Shown here piece after piece: positions 1-12,800 of a DNA stretch of 64,000 nucleotides (the stretch's first letter is position 1; each line of letters starts with the position of its first letter). A model generated the notes under the pieces. The model was given only the letters and a program-made list of their open reading frames with translations. It searched no databases and was not told the DNA's origin. The translations under genes were made by a program, and so were the position numbers. Source of the DNA: the human T2T-CHM13v2.0 reference genome, Homo sapiens; the NCBI RefSeq assembly GCF_009914755.1, contig NC_060935.1; one strand, 5' to 3'.

Positions 1-520
1 ATGTTGTGCCCATTGCTATCTGCTCTGGGTTCCTCTCCAGTTGCCTTTGTGCTCAGTGGAGAGATCCAGGTGGGTGCGTGAACCCAGCTTATGCCTCATC
101 TAGCCCCTGTATCTTCCTAAGTCAGCTCTCCCTGTTCGGGGATGCTTTTCCTGCTGTCCCCACAGCCCATAGTTACTCTACGGCTTATTAATCATCCCAA
201 TGACCATTTACATAGGAGGGAACTGGGAGAGGAGAGAGGAGAGATGTACAGGTTCTACAAATTAGGGATTCCAGCTTTATCACTGTACAAGCTGTGTGAC
301 CTTGATTAAGCCTCTGATCCCGGAGTCAATCTTCTTTCAGCTGAATCATGAGCCCCTGCCCAGATACTTAGTCATTCTCAGAAAGGGGATCCTAGAAATA
401 CTAGGCCAACAGTTTTTGACCAAGACTTTTACATCATGAATCATGGAGTTTTTGAGCTAAGGGGTCCTTGAAGGAAGGGAATTAACATTCACAAGGTCCA
501 GGCATATTCCAGGTACCATC

Positions 521-763
521 TTTTTTTTTTTTTTGAGACAGGGTCTTGTTCTGCTGCCCAGGCTAGAGTTCAGTGGTGTAATCATAGCTCACTGCAGCCT
601 CGATCACCCAGGCCCCTACCTCAGTCTTCTGAGTATCTGGGATTTCAGAAGCACACCATCATCCTTGGCTATTTTTTGTTGTTGTTATTTTTAGTTCAAG
701 CGATCCTCCCGCCTTGGCCTCCCAAAGTGCTGAGATTACAGGCATGAGTCATGGTGCTTGGCC
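521..763 (-). mobile_element. Alu (old, AluJ-like, internally deleted)
   Basis: poly-T then gagacagggtctt...cctcccaaagtgctgagattacaggcatgag; TSD ccag(g/t)taccatctttt at ~509-524 and ~765-780. Confidence 0.9.
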
Positions 764-796
764 CCCAGTTACCATCTTTTAAGCTTGTTTTTACTA

Positions 797-1195
<399 letters not shown>

Positions 1196-1267
1196 TTATC
1201 TTCTATGTGCCATACACTTTATTCTGCTTCTCTCTATTCTATCTATTATATTATTATTATTACTAAT

Positions 1268-1560
1268 TTGTTTATTTTGAGATGCAGTCTCACTCTGTTG
1301 TCTAGGCTGGTGTGCGGTGGCATGATCTTGGCTCACAGCAACTTCTGCCTTCCAGATTCAAGTGATCCTCCCACCTCAGCTTCCTGAGTAGCTGGGACTA
1401 CAGGCACACACCACCACACCCAGCTAATTTTTGTATTTTTAGTAGAGTAGGGGTTTCACCATGTTGGCCAGGCTGGTCTTGAACTCCTGACCTCAAGTGA
1501 TCTGCCTGTCTCGGCCTCCCAAAGTGCTGGGATTATGGGCGTGAGCCACTGTGCCCAGAC
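1268..1560 (-). mobile_element. Alu (AluS-like), full length
   Basis: ttttgagatgcagtctcactctg...cctgacctcaagtgatctgcc...gtgagccactgtgcccag. Confidence 0.96.
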
Positions 1561-3059
1561 TATTTATTATTATTTTAAATGATGTTGCTGAGCTATAAAA
1601 TTTATTTCATGATTGGTTGACCCATAGTTTTGAAAACACTGTCCTGCTCTTTCACATGCATGATCACCTTCCATCCTTATTACAACTTTAGGAGGTAGAC
1701 AGTTATTCATTCCCAGGTTGCAGATGAAGAAACTGAGTTTCTCCGTTTCTTCATCTCAGTGAGATCTAGTAATTCGCACAAAGTCACTCAATTCCTAAGT
1801 AGCTGAGTTGGGATTCCAAGTTTGACTCCAAAGCCTATCCTCCTTCCAAGTTATCTCACTGTCTGAGATTCCACTGACCTTTTTCGGCTGATGGGGAAAC
1901 TATGATAATGCTCAGAGAGAAGTGACTAGGTCAAAGTCACACTAGGACTAGTGACACAGCCTAAAATTGAAACCAGATTCATCCCTGGACTCCACACATC
2001 TGGCACTGGAACTAGGCTCCCATAGGCAGGAAGCTCCTTTCCCAATGTTGGTTATACTCTTTCTTCCTTGAAGTCATCCTGGGTCAGATGAAGTTCAAGC
2101 AGCCTCAGAAACCACTCTTCTTGGACAAAGCTGAGCTTACTGACAGGGAAAAATGCTTCTGAAACATCTTTCGGTAGGAAGTTTGTCATCATGCATGTTG
2201 TTGCCTCCACTGGAATTGAAAATCGTGTTGTCTCAAATTAAAAACAAAACTCTCATTTGCTGTACCTCTCTGCACACTCAGCAGGTCTCAACCCAGTTTC
2301 GGGAATGCAATCTGTCTTAATTTACCATGGCTCTGAGCCTTCCTTTTCCTCCCTTTCCCTTTCAGAAGCAAGGTGCTGTTGTGTTAGTATGTGCTGCCAC
2401 CAGGGAGAGTCACAGAGCTTGCCAGCAGGAAGCGGTTATGGGGTGCATTTAATCTGGGCCAGGACTTCTTAAAGGGACTCCTAAGAACAACAAAGCTAGT
2501 AGCCGTCAGTGTTGGCTCCCAGATCACAGGCAATTCCAGCCAATTTCGTGCTATGCGGAGGAGGCCCCAGGTCAAACTTCACTAAGGCAGCTTGAGGCAA
2601 CCAAGCAGAAGGAAAGGCTAAAATTATGGCTTAAAGGGAAGCTGAGATTGTATCAAAAAATGATGGTTCCAAGAGTCTCATGTGGAAGATAAGGCAAGGC
2701 TGGGTGAGGGAGTCAGGCACCAAGGTCAGAAACCAAGATGATCTGCAGCAGGATGGAGCGTGGTGGGAGGAGTGGGCAAGGGATATGGCTCATCACCAAA
2801 GCTGTGGACTAAGAACAAGAAAGCACAGGGTATGGCATGGGACAGGCCATGGCTAAAGGACCCGGAACTGGGCCAAGGTAGCTGTGAGGCTGGGAGAAGG
2901 ATCAGGGGCAAGCCCCCCGTCCTTACAGTACTGGCAAGCCATTTTGGTCACAGAATTTAAGAGTCTTGAAGTCATCCTCAATGCTAACAAGATGGTGGGG
3001 AGGAGCAGGGAAGAGAAAGTTCTATCCCCATCCACAGGTACAGGTACTACCCTCACTGC

Positions 3060-3765
3060 CACACCTCAGTGAACTACAACCCTTGCCCATTCCTCACCTA
3101 TGGCTCACTCTGACCTGAGCACCTGTTGTCTCTCTCCTGGATGACTGCAATAGCTGCCTACTTCAGCCTTTGCCTGTTAGTCTACTCTCAACACAGCTTC
3201 CAGAATCATCCTGTTCAAGTATTAGTCAGACCTCATCACTTCTCCACTCAGAACCCTCCGTGGCTCCCCTGCACTGGCCTGCACACACCCCTACTCCCTC
3301 CCCTCTTTGGCCTCCTCTACCATCTAGCCACTCTGGCCTCCTTGCTGCTTTTCAAACTAGCCACACACACACTCCTGCCTTAAGGCCCTAGCACCTGCCC
3401 TTCCCTCTCCCAAGATTGTTTTACTTCCAGACATCCTCACAGCCTGCTCCCTCACCTACCGCAAGGCTATGTTCAAATGTCACCTTCTCTGTGAAGCCTT
3501 CTCTGGCTACCATCTTTACAACTGCACCTCCCCATGACACTGCCCAGACTCACCCTGGGGACTTACTGTCCCCCTTTCCATAACAACTATTATAGAGAAA
3601 CATCCTATGTTATTTATTTTTTACCTTGTTCATCATCAATTTTCCCACTAGAATGTATCTCCATGAGAGGGGGCAGTTTTGTCTGCTTTGGTCATTGCTG
3701 GAACCCCAGTATTTAAAACAGTGCCTGGTACATAGTAGGTGCTCAACAAATAGTTGTGGAATGAC
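3060..3765 (+). mobile_element. L2 LINE 3' fragment
   Basis: Typical L2 3' end cagtgcctggtacatagtaggtgctcaacaaatagttgtggaatga, preceded by ttcaaatgtcaccttctctgtgaagccttc. Confidence 0.8.
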
Positions 3766-4280
3766 AGACAATCCAGCTAACTTGCAAACCTTACCTCCTA
3801 GTACACTCTGCCACCCTATTCCCAGTTGCACGCGCTTATGTCCTAGCCTCATAGGACAAACCTTCTCTTGGTTTACCCCCAAGCTTTGCCCACATAGAAT
3901 GTCCCCTCTTACCCCTCTTTGCCTGTTACAGTCCTTTCCAGCCCTCAAAACCTAGGGGCCAGCACTTCTTCCATAAAGCTTTCTCAGATACCTTCTGATG
4001 GGATATTTCTCTTAATCCTCTAAAACATGTACTTCAAATGTCATTTTTCTAGCATGTCATAATTTGAGAGTGGCCCAGTATGATCTCTGGGTCCTGATCA
4101 TTTCTAATAGGTTATGGGTTCAATTTCTTTTCTGGAAGTTTCTAATATTGACAAAGAAGTTTATATTCTGGATATAGCTAGAAGCATCTCTAGCATCTAT
4201 ATTTTTTGGGTTGAGCTAACATGAACGTGTCTCTATAAAACAAAAAAGACTGTAGAACACGGTGGTCAAGAAGGATAATG

Positions 4281-4584
4281 GGCCAGGTGCGGTGGCTCAC
4301 GCCTGTAATCCCAGCACTTTGGGAGGCTGAGACGGGCAGATCATAAGGTCAGGAGATCGAGACCATCCTGGCTAACACAGTGAAACCCTGTCTCTACTAA
4401 AAATACAAAAAAAATTAGCCAGGTGTGGTGGTGGGCGCCTGTAGTCCCAGCTACTGGGGAGGCTGAGGCAGGAGAATGGCATGAACCCTGGAGGCGGAGT
4501 TGCAGTGAGCTGAGATCGTGCCACTGCACTCCAGCCTGGACGACAGAGTGAGACTCCATCTCAAAAAAAAAAAAACAAAAAAAA
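4281..4584 (+). mobile_element. AluY-like element inserted into a MIR
   Basis: Diagnostic gagatcgagaccatcctggctaacac and gagaatggcatgaacc; TSD aaggataatgg at 4271-4281 and 4583-4593. Confidence 0.95.
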
Positions 4585-5589
4585 GGATAATGGACACTGT
4601 AGTAGGATGGATCTGGATTCACACCCTGGCTCTGACATTTACTAGCTATGCACCCTTCAATGAGATAACCTAACTGCTCCAAATCTCTGTGTCCTTGGCT
4701 AGAAAATGAGGGAAGGTTAAGAGTTGGTGGGCTTGTTGTCTCCAAGGTTCTTTCTAGCTCACAGATTCCGAGAGGCTCAGAGGCTCTGGCTCTACCAGGC
4801 TCTCCTCAGTCCTCTTGGGAGCCTGGGGGCAAGCAGCAGAGTAATCAAATGTGGGGCCCAATCCCTACCCTAGTGGATGGGACCTAACTTCCCATTCTAG
4901 AAGATGGTGTCCCATTGTACAATGAGTTGGGTTGCTGCAGTATTTTGACCACTTTGGGACTTAATGATAGATATTCTTATAGATTTTTAAAACCAAGTCT
5001 CTTGGGTATGGGGCCAAGGAGAGCAGAGGATAAATGGAGTTAATTGGTAATGAGTTCCTTTCTCACTGTGCTTTGGAGATGCTCACCTAATCTACTGACT
5101 CTGAATGAGCAATTTGGCTGCCTAATTAGGTTAACCAATAATTTCCCTTTTGACACCAGGCTGCTTGACAATTTGGGGCAGGGGTAACTGTGATTCTGTT
5201 TCATTGTTTCCTTTCAAAGTAGGTTTCTTAATTTGCCTCTGGGATTAAATCATGTACATTCTTACTGTTCCCCAGACCCATCATGCTTCTGCGTGCCTCC
5301 AAGCCTTGGGTCATGCAATTGTCTCTATTGGGAATGCCTCTCTCAGATCCCTCACACTCAGTGAAATCCTACTAGGCTTTCAAGCCCCATGCATAACATG
5401 AGTGGAATGAAGGAATGAGCCTCTGCACCCTCAGGGCAAAATGAACTGCTCCTTTATTGTCATCATCCAGCTTCTTAAAAAATTAATATTAATAGCTCCC
5501 GTGAATTAAGGCCCAACACAGACCTGACGCTTCACAAATGCTGTAGTACAGGCTCACGGCAACACTTCAAGGAAGGAAGATGGCATGCT

Positions 5590-5810
5590 GTTTTTGTAAT
5601 TTTTTATCATGTGAAAAATACATAACAGTTAATCTTTTTAATCATTTTGAGGAATAGAGCTCAGTGGCATTAGTGTAGTCACATGGTTGTGCATCCATTA
5701 CTCTTATCTCTGAACTTTTTCATTATCCCAAACTGAAAATCTGTACCCATTAAACAATAACTCCCCAACAGCCTCTTCTTAGTTCCTGCTAACCACTGAT
5801 GTGCTCTTTT
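5590..5810 (-). mobile_element. L1 (L1MB-like) 3' end fragment
   Basis: cagtggcattagtgtagtcacatggttgtgca...aactgaaaatctgtacccattaaacaataactcccc. Confidence 0.75.
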
Positions 5811-7984
5811 TAAAATGACAAAACTGTGGCTCCAAGAGGTGAAATGCCTTGCCCAAGATCTCAGAGCTTAGACTGGGGCAACCAGGACTTGAGGCCAGGT
5901 CTCCACATTGGACTCTGAAACTAGCATTCTTTTTCCACTCTGCAACACTGCCTGCTGCACCTCTATTAAAGAGCTGCAAGGTGGTCACAGCCCTGCCTCC
6001 CTCACCGGTCATCTAGAGTCCACATCCTAGAATCATGCTGCACACTGAAGGAGCTCAGCATAGCTGTGGGACAAATTACAGAATGAACCCACAAAAGACA
6101 CTGTGTCAGCTTGACCCAGTGCTTGGGAGCGAAGCTTGAATTGCAACCTCTGCTTTCTAAAAAACATCTATTGCATGCCGACTGTTCCTGACAGGCCAGC
6201 TTCTCACTGCCCCCCAACCCCCAGCCTGTTGGCCTCTCACGGCAGGGGAGGAGAGGCCTGAGGGCTGGCTCTGCCTGAAGGCCCCGAGTAGGAAGATTTG
6301 TGTTTACATTACCCAGTCAATTCTGTATTTATTTTAGATATTAAGCAGTGACATAAAAGCTGCTGACATTAACCTTCAGGGGCAGAAATTGTCTTTAATG
6401 GACCCCATAAAAGTTATTATTGATGGCAGCTGCATGCAGCATCAGTGTGACCTCTGCAAAAGCCTCTACCGCTATCAATACTGTTGACAATTACTATTGA
6501 CTAATGCAAGGCAGGGTGTGGAGGCAGAGTAAATGTTCCTGTGGCTGGAGGTTGCTGGGGGTTATGCTTCACATTTTACATTTATCTGGTAAGGATCTCT
6601 GAGAACTCGGTTGCACATTTTTGGTGGCCTCAACTGAGAGCTGAGGACGCCTGCAGACTCAAATGGAGGCAGGCAAAGGACTCAGAGAAACCAGACTTCA
6701 AATATAAGCTCTGCCAACTTGCTGACTCGCAGGCTATTGTGTCTCAGTTTGGAGCCTCAGGTTTCCCATTTGGCAAATGGGAATGCCACTGAGTTGCCAG
6801 GGAGATTAAAGGCAATTGCACATGTACAGTGGTAGGCCCATAGCATGAGGTTGCTGCCTTTGCTCTACCCCTGAGAAGTGACCACACTGTGATGTGTTCA
6901 CTGACAGGTCCAGTGGAACTGAGCCCTGTTCTGATGGTGAGATCCGAGTTCTCATCACAAGAAAAGGAGAGGTCTGGCTGGGGCCCAGGGGTTTGTTGAG
7001 GTCAGGGGGAACTAGAGAAAGATGGGAGAAGGGGAAGGTAAAAGAAAAGGGAGAGACAGGGTAAAAGGAACCAAGACTTTTGTCATAGAGCCTGGCTCCA
7101 GCTCAACTAGATATGTGGCCCTGTGCACAGCCTTTAATCTCTCTGTGCCTCAGTTTCCTCCGCTATAAGTTGGGGAGATAATAGTGTAAGAGGAACCTGA
7201 ACCTAATCAGTGAATAAAAGGGAGCCATTCCCATGATTGCTGTCATTATTTAGATCTGAGTACCGCATAACGAAGCTGTTAATGTAACTTCCTAACCAGG
7301 AGCAAGTAGACAGCCTTTGGGCACCTATGGGGAGTCTAGGTTTAGGGAGTCCAGTCTTGGAAGGGATGTGGGAAACAGAAGCCCTTTATTAGATTCATCT
7401 GCCTACCTCCTCTGCCCACCCGTCTACCCTGAGTACAGTGAGGCTTTGAGTTCTGTGGCCAGTGGGGAAATGGACGATCACAAAGAAATGACAACATGGC
7501 CAGGGGAGCAGGCAGCCATTTCTCTGTCCCATTATCAAAGGCTGAAACTCTTCAGGCTTGATTAATATGTCATTATCACCCAACAGAGGCTTAATTCAGC
7601 TGTAATTCAGCTCTCAGGGAATATACAATAATGTGGGCAAGTGTGCACCTCTTTCTGTCATGACTTTATGTTAAGTGATCATTTGTCACCATGGCAAGAA
7701 GCCTTCAAAAGAACAAATAACCCAAGTATTTTGCTACAGAGGGAACTCACTGTAACTAGGGCTGTGAGAGTAAAGATTTTAGAGTCATGTAGGCTTGAGT
7801 TCCAATCTCATTTTGCTTGCTGTGTGACCTATGCAGATTTCTTAACTTCTCTGGGCTGCGGTTTCCTTACTGTGTGCAATGGGGATAATAAAACCTTCTT
7901 TAAAGGGTTGTAGGGGGAGTAAATGAGATAATATAGCTAAAGCAGTTAGCACTGTGCTTAGGTTGAGATAATCGGTGGCAACTA

Positions 7985-8280
7985 TTTTTTTTTTTTTTTT
8001 TGACAGAGTCTAGCTCTGTTGCCCAGGCTGGAGTGCAGTGGTGCAATCTTGGCTCATGGCAACCTCTGCCTCTGGGGTTCCAGTGAGTCTCCTGCCTCAG
8101 CCTCCTGAGTAGCTGGGATTACAAGTGTGCACCACCATGCCTGGCTAATTTTTGTATTTTTAATAGAGATGGGGTTTTGCCATGTTGCCCAGGCTGGTCT
8201 TGGACTCTGGCCTCAAGCAATCCATCCACCCCAGCCTCTGAAAGTGCTAGGATTACAGGCCTGAACCACCATGCCCAGCC
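7985..8280 (-). mobile_element. Alu, full length, inserted at the tail of a MIR (~7745-7985)
   Basis: poly-T then gacagagtctagctctgttgcccaggctggagtgcagtg...ccaccatgcccagcc; TSD caactatt. Confidence 0.95.
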
Positions 8281-8409
8281 ATACAACTATTAAGTATTAA
8301 TGCTGTTATTATTATCATTTTCCTCTTGCACACCTTCATCTTGTGCATGCAATTAGGATCCAAGAATTCTACATCTGGAAGGGCCTACAGGTCATTTCAT
8401 TTAGCAGCT

Positions 8410-8665
8410 AGACCCAAAAAGCGTTTATTAGAATGCTGGTCCCACCAGATGCTCTGAGAATAAAAGAGTTCTGTGGTCAAATTGATTTGGGGAATGCTGC
8501 ATACATCCTCCCTTGGTAATTTATCCATTAGCATGCACATTAACATCTTAAAAACTCTAAGAAGCCCTGCAGTAAAGAAAGTGGTTTAAGTTTGTTTGAT
8601 TCAGTGTTTCCTACATTATTTGACCACAGAACAGCCCCTTACCCCATCTAAGAACTAACATTCTC
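8410..8665. mobile_element. MER112-like hAT DNA transposon relic
   Basis: Internal inverted motif gttctgtggtcaaat...atttgaccacagaac and gaagccctgcagtaaagaaa. Confidence 0.55.
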
Positions 8666-9384
8666 AGATCAGGGGATGCTAATTTCATTTAAACTATTTA
8701 TTTTATAGATGAGGAAACTGAGGTCCCAAGAAAGGATGCAATTTACCCCATGCCACACCCTAGACCAGTAATAGAACTGAGGCTCCCTGCCTGCTGTGGT
8801 GTGATGGCACAGACCCTATTCTCTTTGTGCCAGGCCCTGCACTGCCCTTCAATTTAATGCTCAAGTTCAGTGCGTGGTCGGGGTGGGGAGAAGCAGGGTT
8901 GCTGGCTGGGTATGGCCTTGGGAAGGTGGGTGAGGGAGTGTGGGTGGTTTCCCACCAGAGAGAGGGAAACTCCTCTGGTACTGAGGTCATCGGCCCCTTC
9001 ACAGGGCTGGCTGGGGACCAACGGAGAGTGACAGTGCTAAGCCACTACCCAGTACCCAAGCAAGTGCCACCCTCCCACCCCTAGACAAGTACACAGGCTC
9101 CCTAGGCGAACATGTTAGTCCTCTGGGAGGGGTGGCAGGATGCACCTTTGGAACTCTGCCACATGGGACTCTGGACCCTAAGGGGATACATTTCCCCCAC
9201 CTGACCCTGACCGTGCGTGGTCTCCTGCCCATCCCCAATCTGGGGATCAATCTTGGTTTTGCACCACTCAGTTGGAGCCTCCTCTTCAGAGACTAACCCC
9301 TCTAAGCCTCATCTCTGACCTGGTCCCTGCCCTGATCCAGGGGAATCCCGGGCAGGAATCACGAGGATCTACATTTGAAGCTAG

Positions 9385-9403
9385 AAGCCAGCAGGGGGCA
9401 CTG
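9385..9403 (+). promoter_or_regulatory. Candidate CTCF motif
   Basis: AAGCCAGCAGGGGGCACTG matches the core CCASYAGRKGGCRS; occupancy unknown. Confidence 0.55.
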
Positions 9404-9939
9404 GCACCAGGCTAGGTGCTTCCTATTCTATTAATAATTCAGACTGCCCTCCCCTTACCCTTTTGCTGGCTGTCGTGTGGAAGCACCAGCAGGCCTTCCT
9501 CTTCACTGGGCTTCCCAGAAACAGCCCTCCAGGTGCTGGGGCTGTTCCTGGGCTCTGCCACTCTTTCCTTTGCTGCCAGAACCCAGCAGGACCCACCTCG
9601 GTGCTGACCTGGCTCAGCAAAGCTGCCCAAGGGCTGGTAGGGCATGAAATATATAGAAGGGGAGATTCCCCCCAGGCAATAGTCTCCACGCAGGACCACG
9701 TTCGACTCAGAGCCCCTCAGAATTCTGCCAGCAAGGTCCCAAGGGAGAAAGAGGAAGACGCTGAAACTGGGCCCCCTTTCCTCCACCATGAAAAGGAGGT
9801 GTGTGAACCAGGTGTCATCTTTTCCTCCCACAGCCTCTCTCAGGCCTTGGGAACGAGCCTCAGGGAGGAGAGTGGAATAATGAGTGTGCAGCTGGCACGT
9901 CCTGGGATCAGGGGGAAGCTGCAGCAAAGCCTCAAGTTT

Positions 9940-10262
9940 TAATCATTAAAGTTTATTTTTTTTTGTCTTTTTACTTTCTTTTTATTTTTAATAGACAGAT
10001 AATAATTGTATATATTTATAGGGCACAATATGATGTTTTGATACCTAAATACCCTGTGGAACGATTAAATCAAGTTAATTAACATATCTCTCATCTCACA
10101 TACTTATTTTTTTGTGGTGAGAATATTTAAAAATCTACTCTTTTAGCAACTCTGAAATATATAATGTATTATTATTAACTATAGTCACCATGCTGTGCAA
10201 TGGATTTCAAAAACTTACTCCTCCTAACTGAAACGCTGTACCCTTTGACAACATCTTCCCTA
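9940..10262 (-). mobile_element. L1 (L1MA-like) 3' end, 5'-truncated
   Basis: aaaatctactcttttagcaa...actatagtcaccatgctgtgcaat...ctaactgaaac..tgtaccctttgac; TSD cctcaagtt at 9930-9938 and 10265-10273. Confidence 0.85.
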
Positions 10263-10756
10263 AACCTCAAGTTATCCCCAAATGACAGTTTTTGTTTGGA
10301 AGCCATCCTCTGAACAACATAAGATGCTGATGTGGGACAGCGTTCCTAGAGGTTGCCCAGGACAGCTGAGCACCTGGAGCTAGAGATGGCATGAGCAGGA
10401 TTCAGGCAGGACCAGGCCTTGCTGATTTGATGGAGGATAAACTATGGGGAATCTGTTACCACTGCCCCATGCCCTCTCTGCTCCCCTGCACACAGGCACC
10501 TTATGAGCAATGACCCAGAGACTTAGGCGCCTCCCTAATCCGGAAGCAAAGAGCAGCGACCCAATCTCTGGCATGTCACTCATGGGTGGGCATTTCACGT
10601 GACTCTCCAAGAGACTCTGACATTTGACCCCTGAGAGTAAAGCAATTTTTCACCAACTTCACCAGAGCCCCGGCAGTGGAGCAGGAAATCAATATTATAA
10701 ATAAAACCCCAGCCCCACCACCCAGGCACCCGGCACAGACCAAACCAGCCACTCAC

Positions 10757-11026
10757 CAGTCTCAGTGTTTTCATGCTCGGTGTCGGTGAGTGTGAGATTG
10801 GAATTGGCCCGGCTGGACAGGCAGGAGCTGCGCCCTGACCGTGTGCTCCGGCCCCACAGACGCACGGGGTGCTCAGGGGACAGCACCGTGTCAGCCTCCA
10901 TGTCGGCATCAGAGCCAGCCCCCATGGAGTAGCCGCAGTGGGGGAGGCCAATGTCTGTCCGGTACAGGGTCCCGTGAGGGGGCGTTACTTCTTCCAGCCC
11001 CAGCTCCCGCAGGGTGAAGTTGGCAC
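10757..11026 (-). CDS. TENM4: Teneurin-4 second coding exon (270 nt, phase 1-1), intracellular domain
   Basis: Encodes (G)[89 protein letters not shown], including the teneurin motif [24 protein letters not shown]. Acceptor GTGTTTCCTCCCAG|GT, donor CTG|GTGAGT. Joins the upstream exon in frame (G+GT=Gly). Confidence 0.98.
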
Positions 11027-11129
11027 CTGGGAGGAAACACAGGTGAACTTGGTTAGGGCACTGAGATGAGGTCTGCGTCTGCCTCTGCCTGAAGCCTGGC
11101 CTTCTTACCCCAGGGCTCACTGTCGTTCT

Positions 11130-11510
11130 TTGAACTTGCTGTGGCATTCTATGCCCATGCCTTTGTTCAAGTGATTGCCTCTGCCTGGAGGGCTTTTTCT
11201 GCCCCCTCTTCATCAGCCTGAACCCTCCATTTCCCTTAAGCCTCAACTCAAATGGCACCTGCTCTGTGAAGTCTACCCCAATACCAACACCTGTGCAGAA
11301 TTCATTTTCACTTTCTCCAAGCTCCTTCCAGAGTCCTTGGGCCTGGTCATACTGCACAGTAGAGTTGTTTAAGGGTCTACCCCTCTGCTGGAGGTGACCT
11401 CAGCAAGGGCAGGCACCATGTTTTGCTTATGCTTATTCTTAAATCTCTTTCCCTAGAACAAAAATGCAGTACTCAGAAGGGGCTCAATAAATGCTTGTTA
11501 AAATGAATTG
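11130..11510 (+). mobile_element. L2 fragment
   Basis: ctcaactcaaatggcacctgctctgtgaag...gctcaataaatgcttgttaaaatgaattga. Confidence 0.65.
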
Positions 11511-12558
11511 AGGGCTTCAGGTCTCCTTTTCCAGGGAGGACTTTTCAGCAAGTCCTGAGCAGGGCAGAAGCCCAGTCGATGAGATCTAAATGTCTCCCTT
11601 GGGGCCAGAAGTTCCTTTCTGGCCAGGTCAAGAAAGCCTGAAGCTTGAGAGTGAAGAAGATGGGGACTGGCAGAGAAAAGTCAGCCTCACACCAGGAAAA
11701 AGGCTCTGCCTGCTGCTTCCTTATCCCAAGTGGGTCTGTGATGGGGAACTGGCAGAGACAGGTCTCTTGAGGGCTTGGGCAGGCCTGGCAATGCCTAGGA
11801 CAGAGGCTGGGTAAGAGAAGGTCACCTAGGAGTAGTACCTGAGTGACAAAGAGAATGCTGACTTCATGGAAAACTAACCTCCCTGTCACTCCTGCATGTG
11901 AATTCAATGTCTATTCAGGGACAGCTTCTCCTGTACTTCTAGTATTTCCAGGAATGTGTTGCAGGGAAAAGGAAGAGGGAGTATACAAAGTCAGTAAGGG
12001 TCAGATCCCACTTAACGTGATGATCTGGAGAACTGGAGTTATAATCAGGCAGAACCCACATTTAAACCAATTCATGCCGGCCCTGGGCCTGTACTGAGAT
12101 ACAGCAGTGAATAGGATACAGTGCCCAACTTTACAGAACTCTCTGGCGGGTAGGAGAGACACAACCAAACACATGATTAAGTGTGCAAGTTCAAAATGGG
12201 GAGATCCACAGAGCGCTCTGGGAGCGCAGGAGCAGAAGGTGGGATATTGGGGTGAGGAGCTTAGAGGAGAGGTTTGCGATGAGAGTGAATGTGGAGAATG
12301 ACAAGTTAGAAGGCAGAAGAGGTGGATGGCCAAGCTTTAAAGGCCTCCTCGGCCAGGACTGAATAGGACAAGCCTGCAAAGGAAAGCAAGAAAGAACTGC
12401 CGGAGGGGTAGGAGGCGAGCCAGCAGAGACGCCATCTTATTATAATGGTGTGTCTCACTCTTACAGATAAACTTGTGCTCCCTGGTGTGTCCTAATTATC
12501 TGAATCCAACACCTATCACACCTGCTGCAGAGTAGGTGCCCTGTAAAAGTTAGGTAAC

Positions 12559-12800
12559 CACACACATGCAGACACACACAGACGTGCACGCGCACACACA
12601 CATGCACACAAGCACACACGCGCGTGCACACACACGTGCGCACACACATGAACACACAAGTGCACACACACGTGCAAACATGCACATGCACACACACGCA
12701 CGCATGCACACTCGAGCACACACACGCATGCACACTCGAGCACACACGCGCACGCACATGCACACACGCACGCACAAGCACGCACACACACACAAGCACA
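12559..12800. repeat. Complex (CA/CG/TG)n alternating purine-pyrimidine tract, ~240 bp
   Basis: cacacacatgcagacacacacagacgtgcacgcgcacacaca...; includes a duplicated cgcatgcacactcgagcacacacac unit. Confidence 0.95.

Noticed and set aside
11027-11357. N-terminal part of the 220-aa ORF 10695..11357
   Set aside because: Intronic and overlaps an L2 relic; only 10757..11026 is teneurin-like and bounded by splice sites
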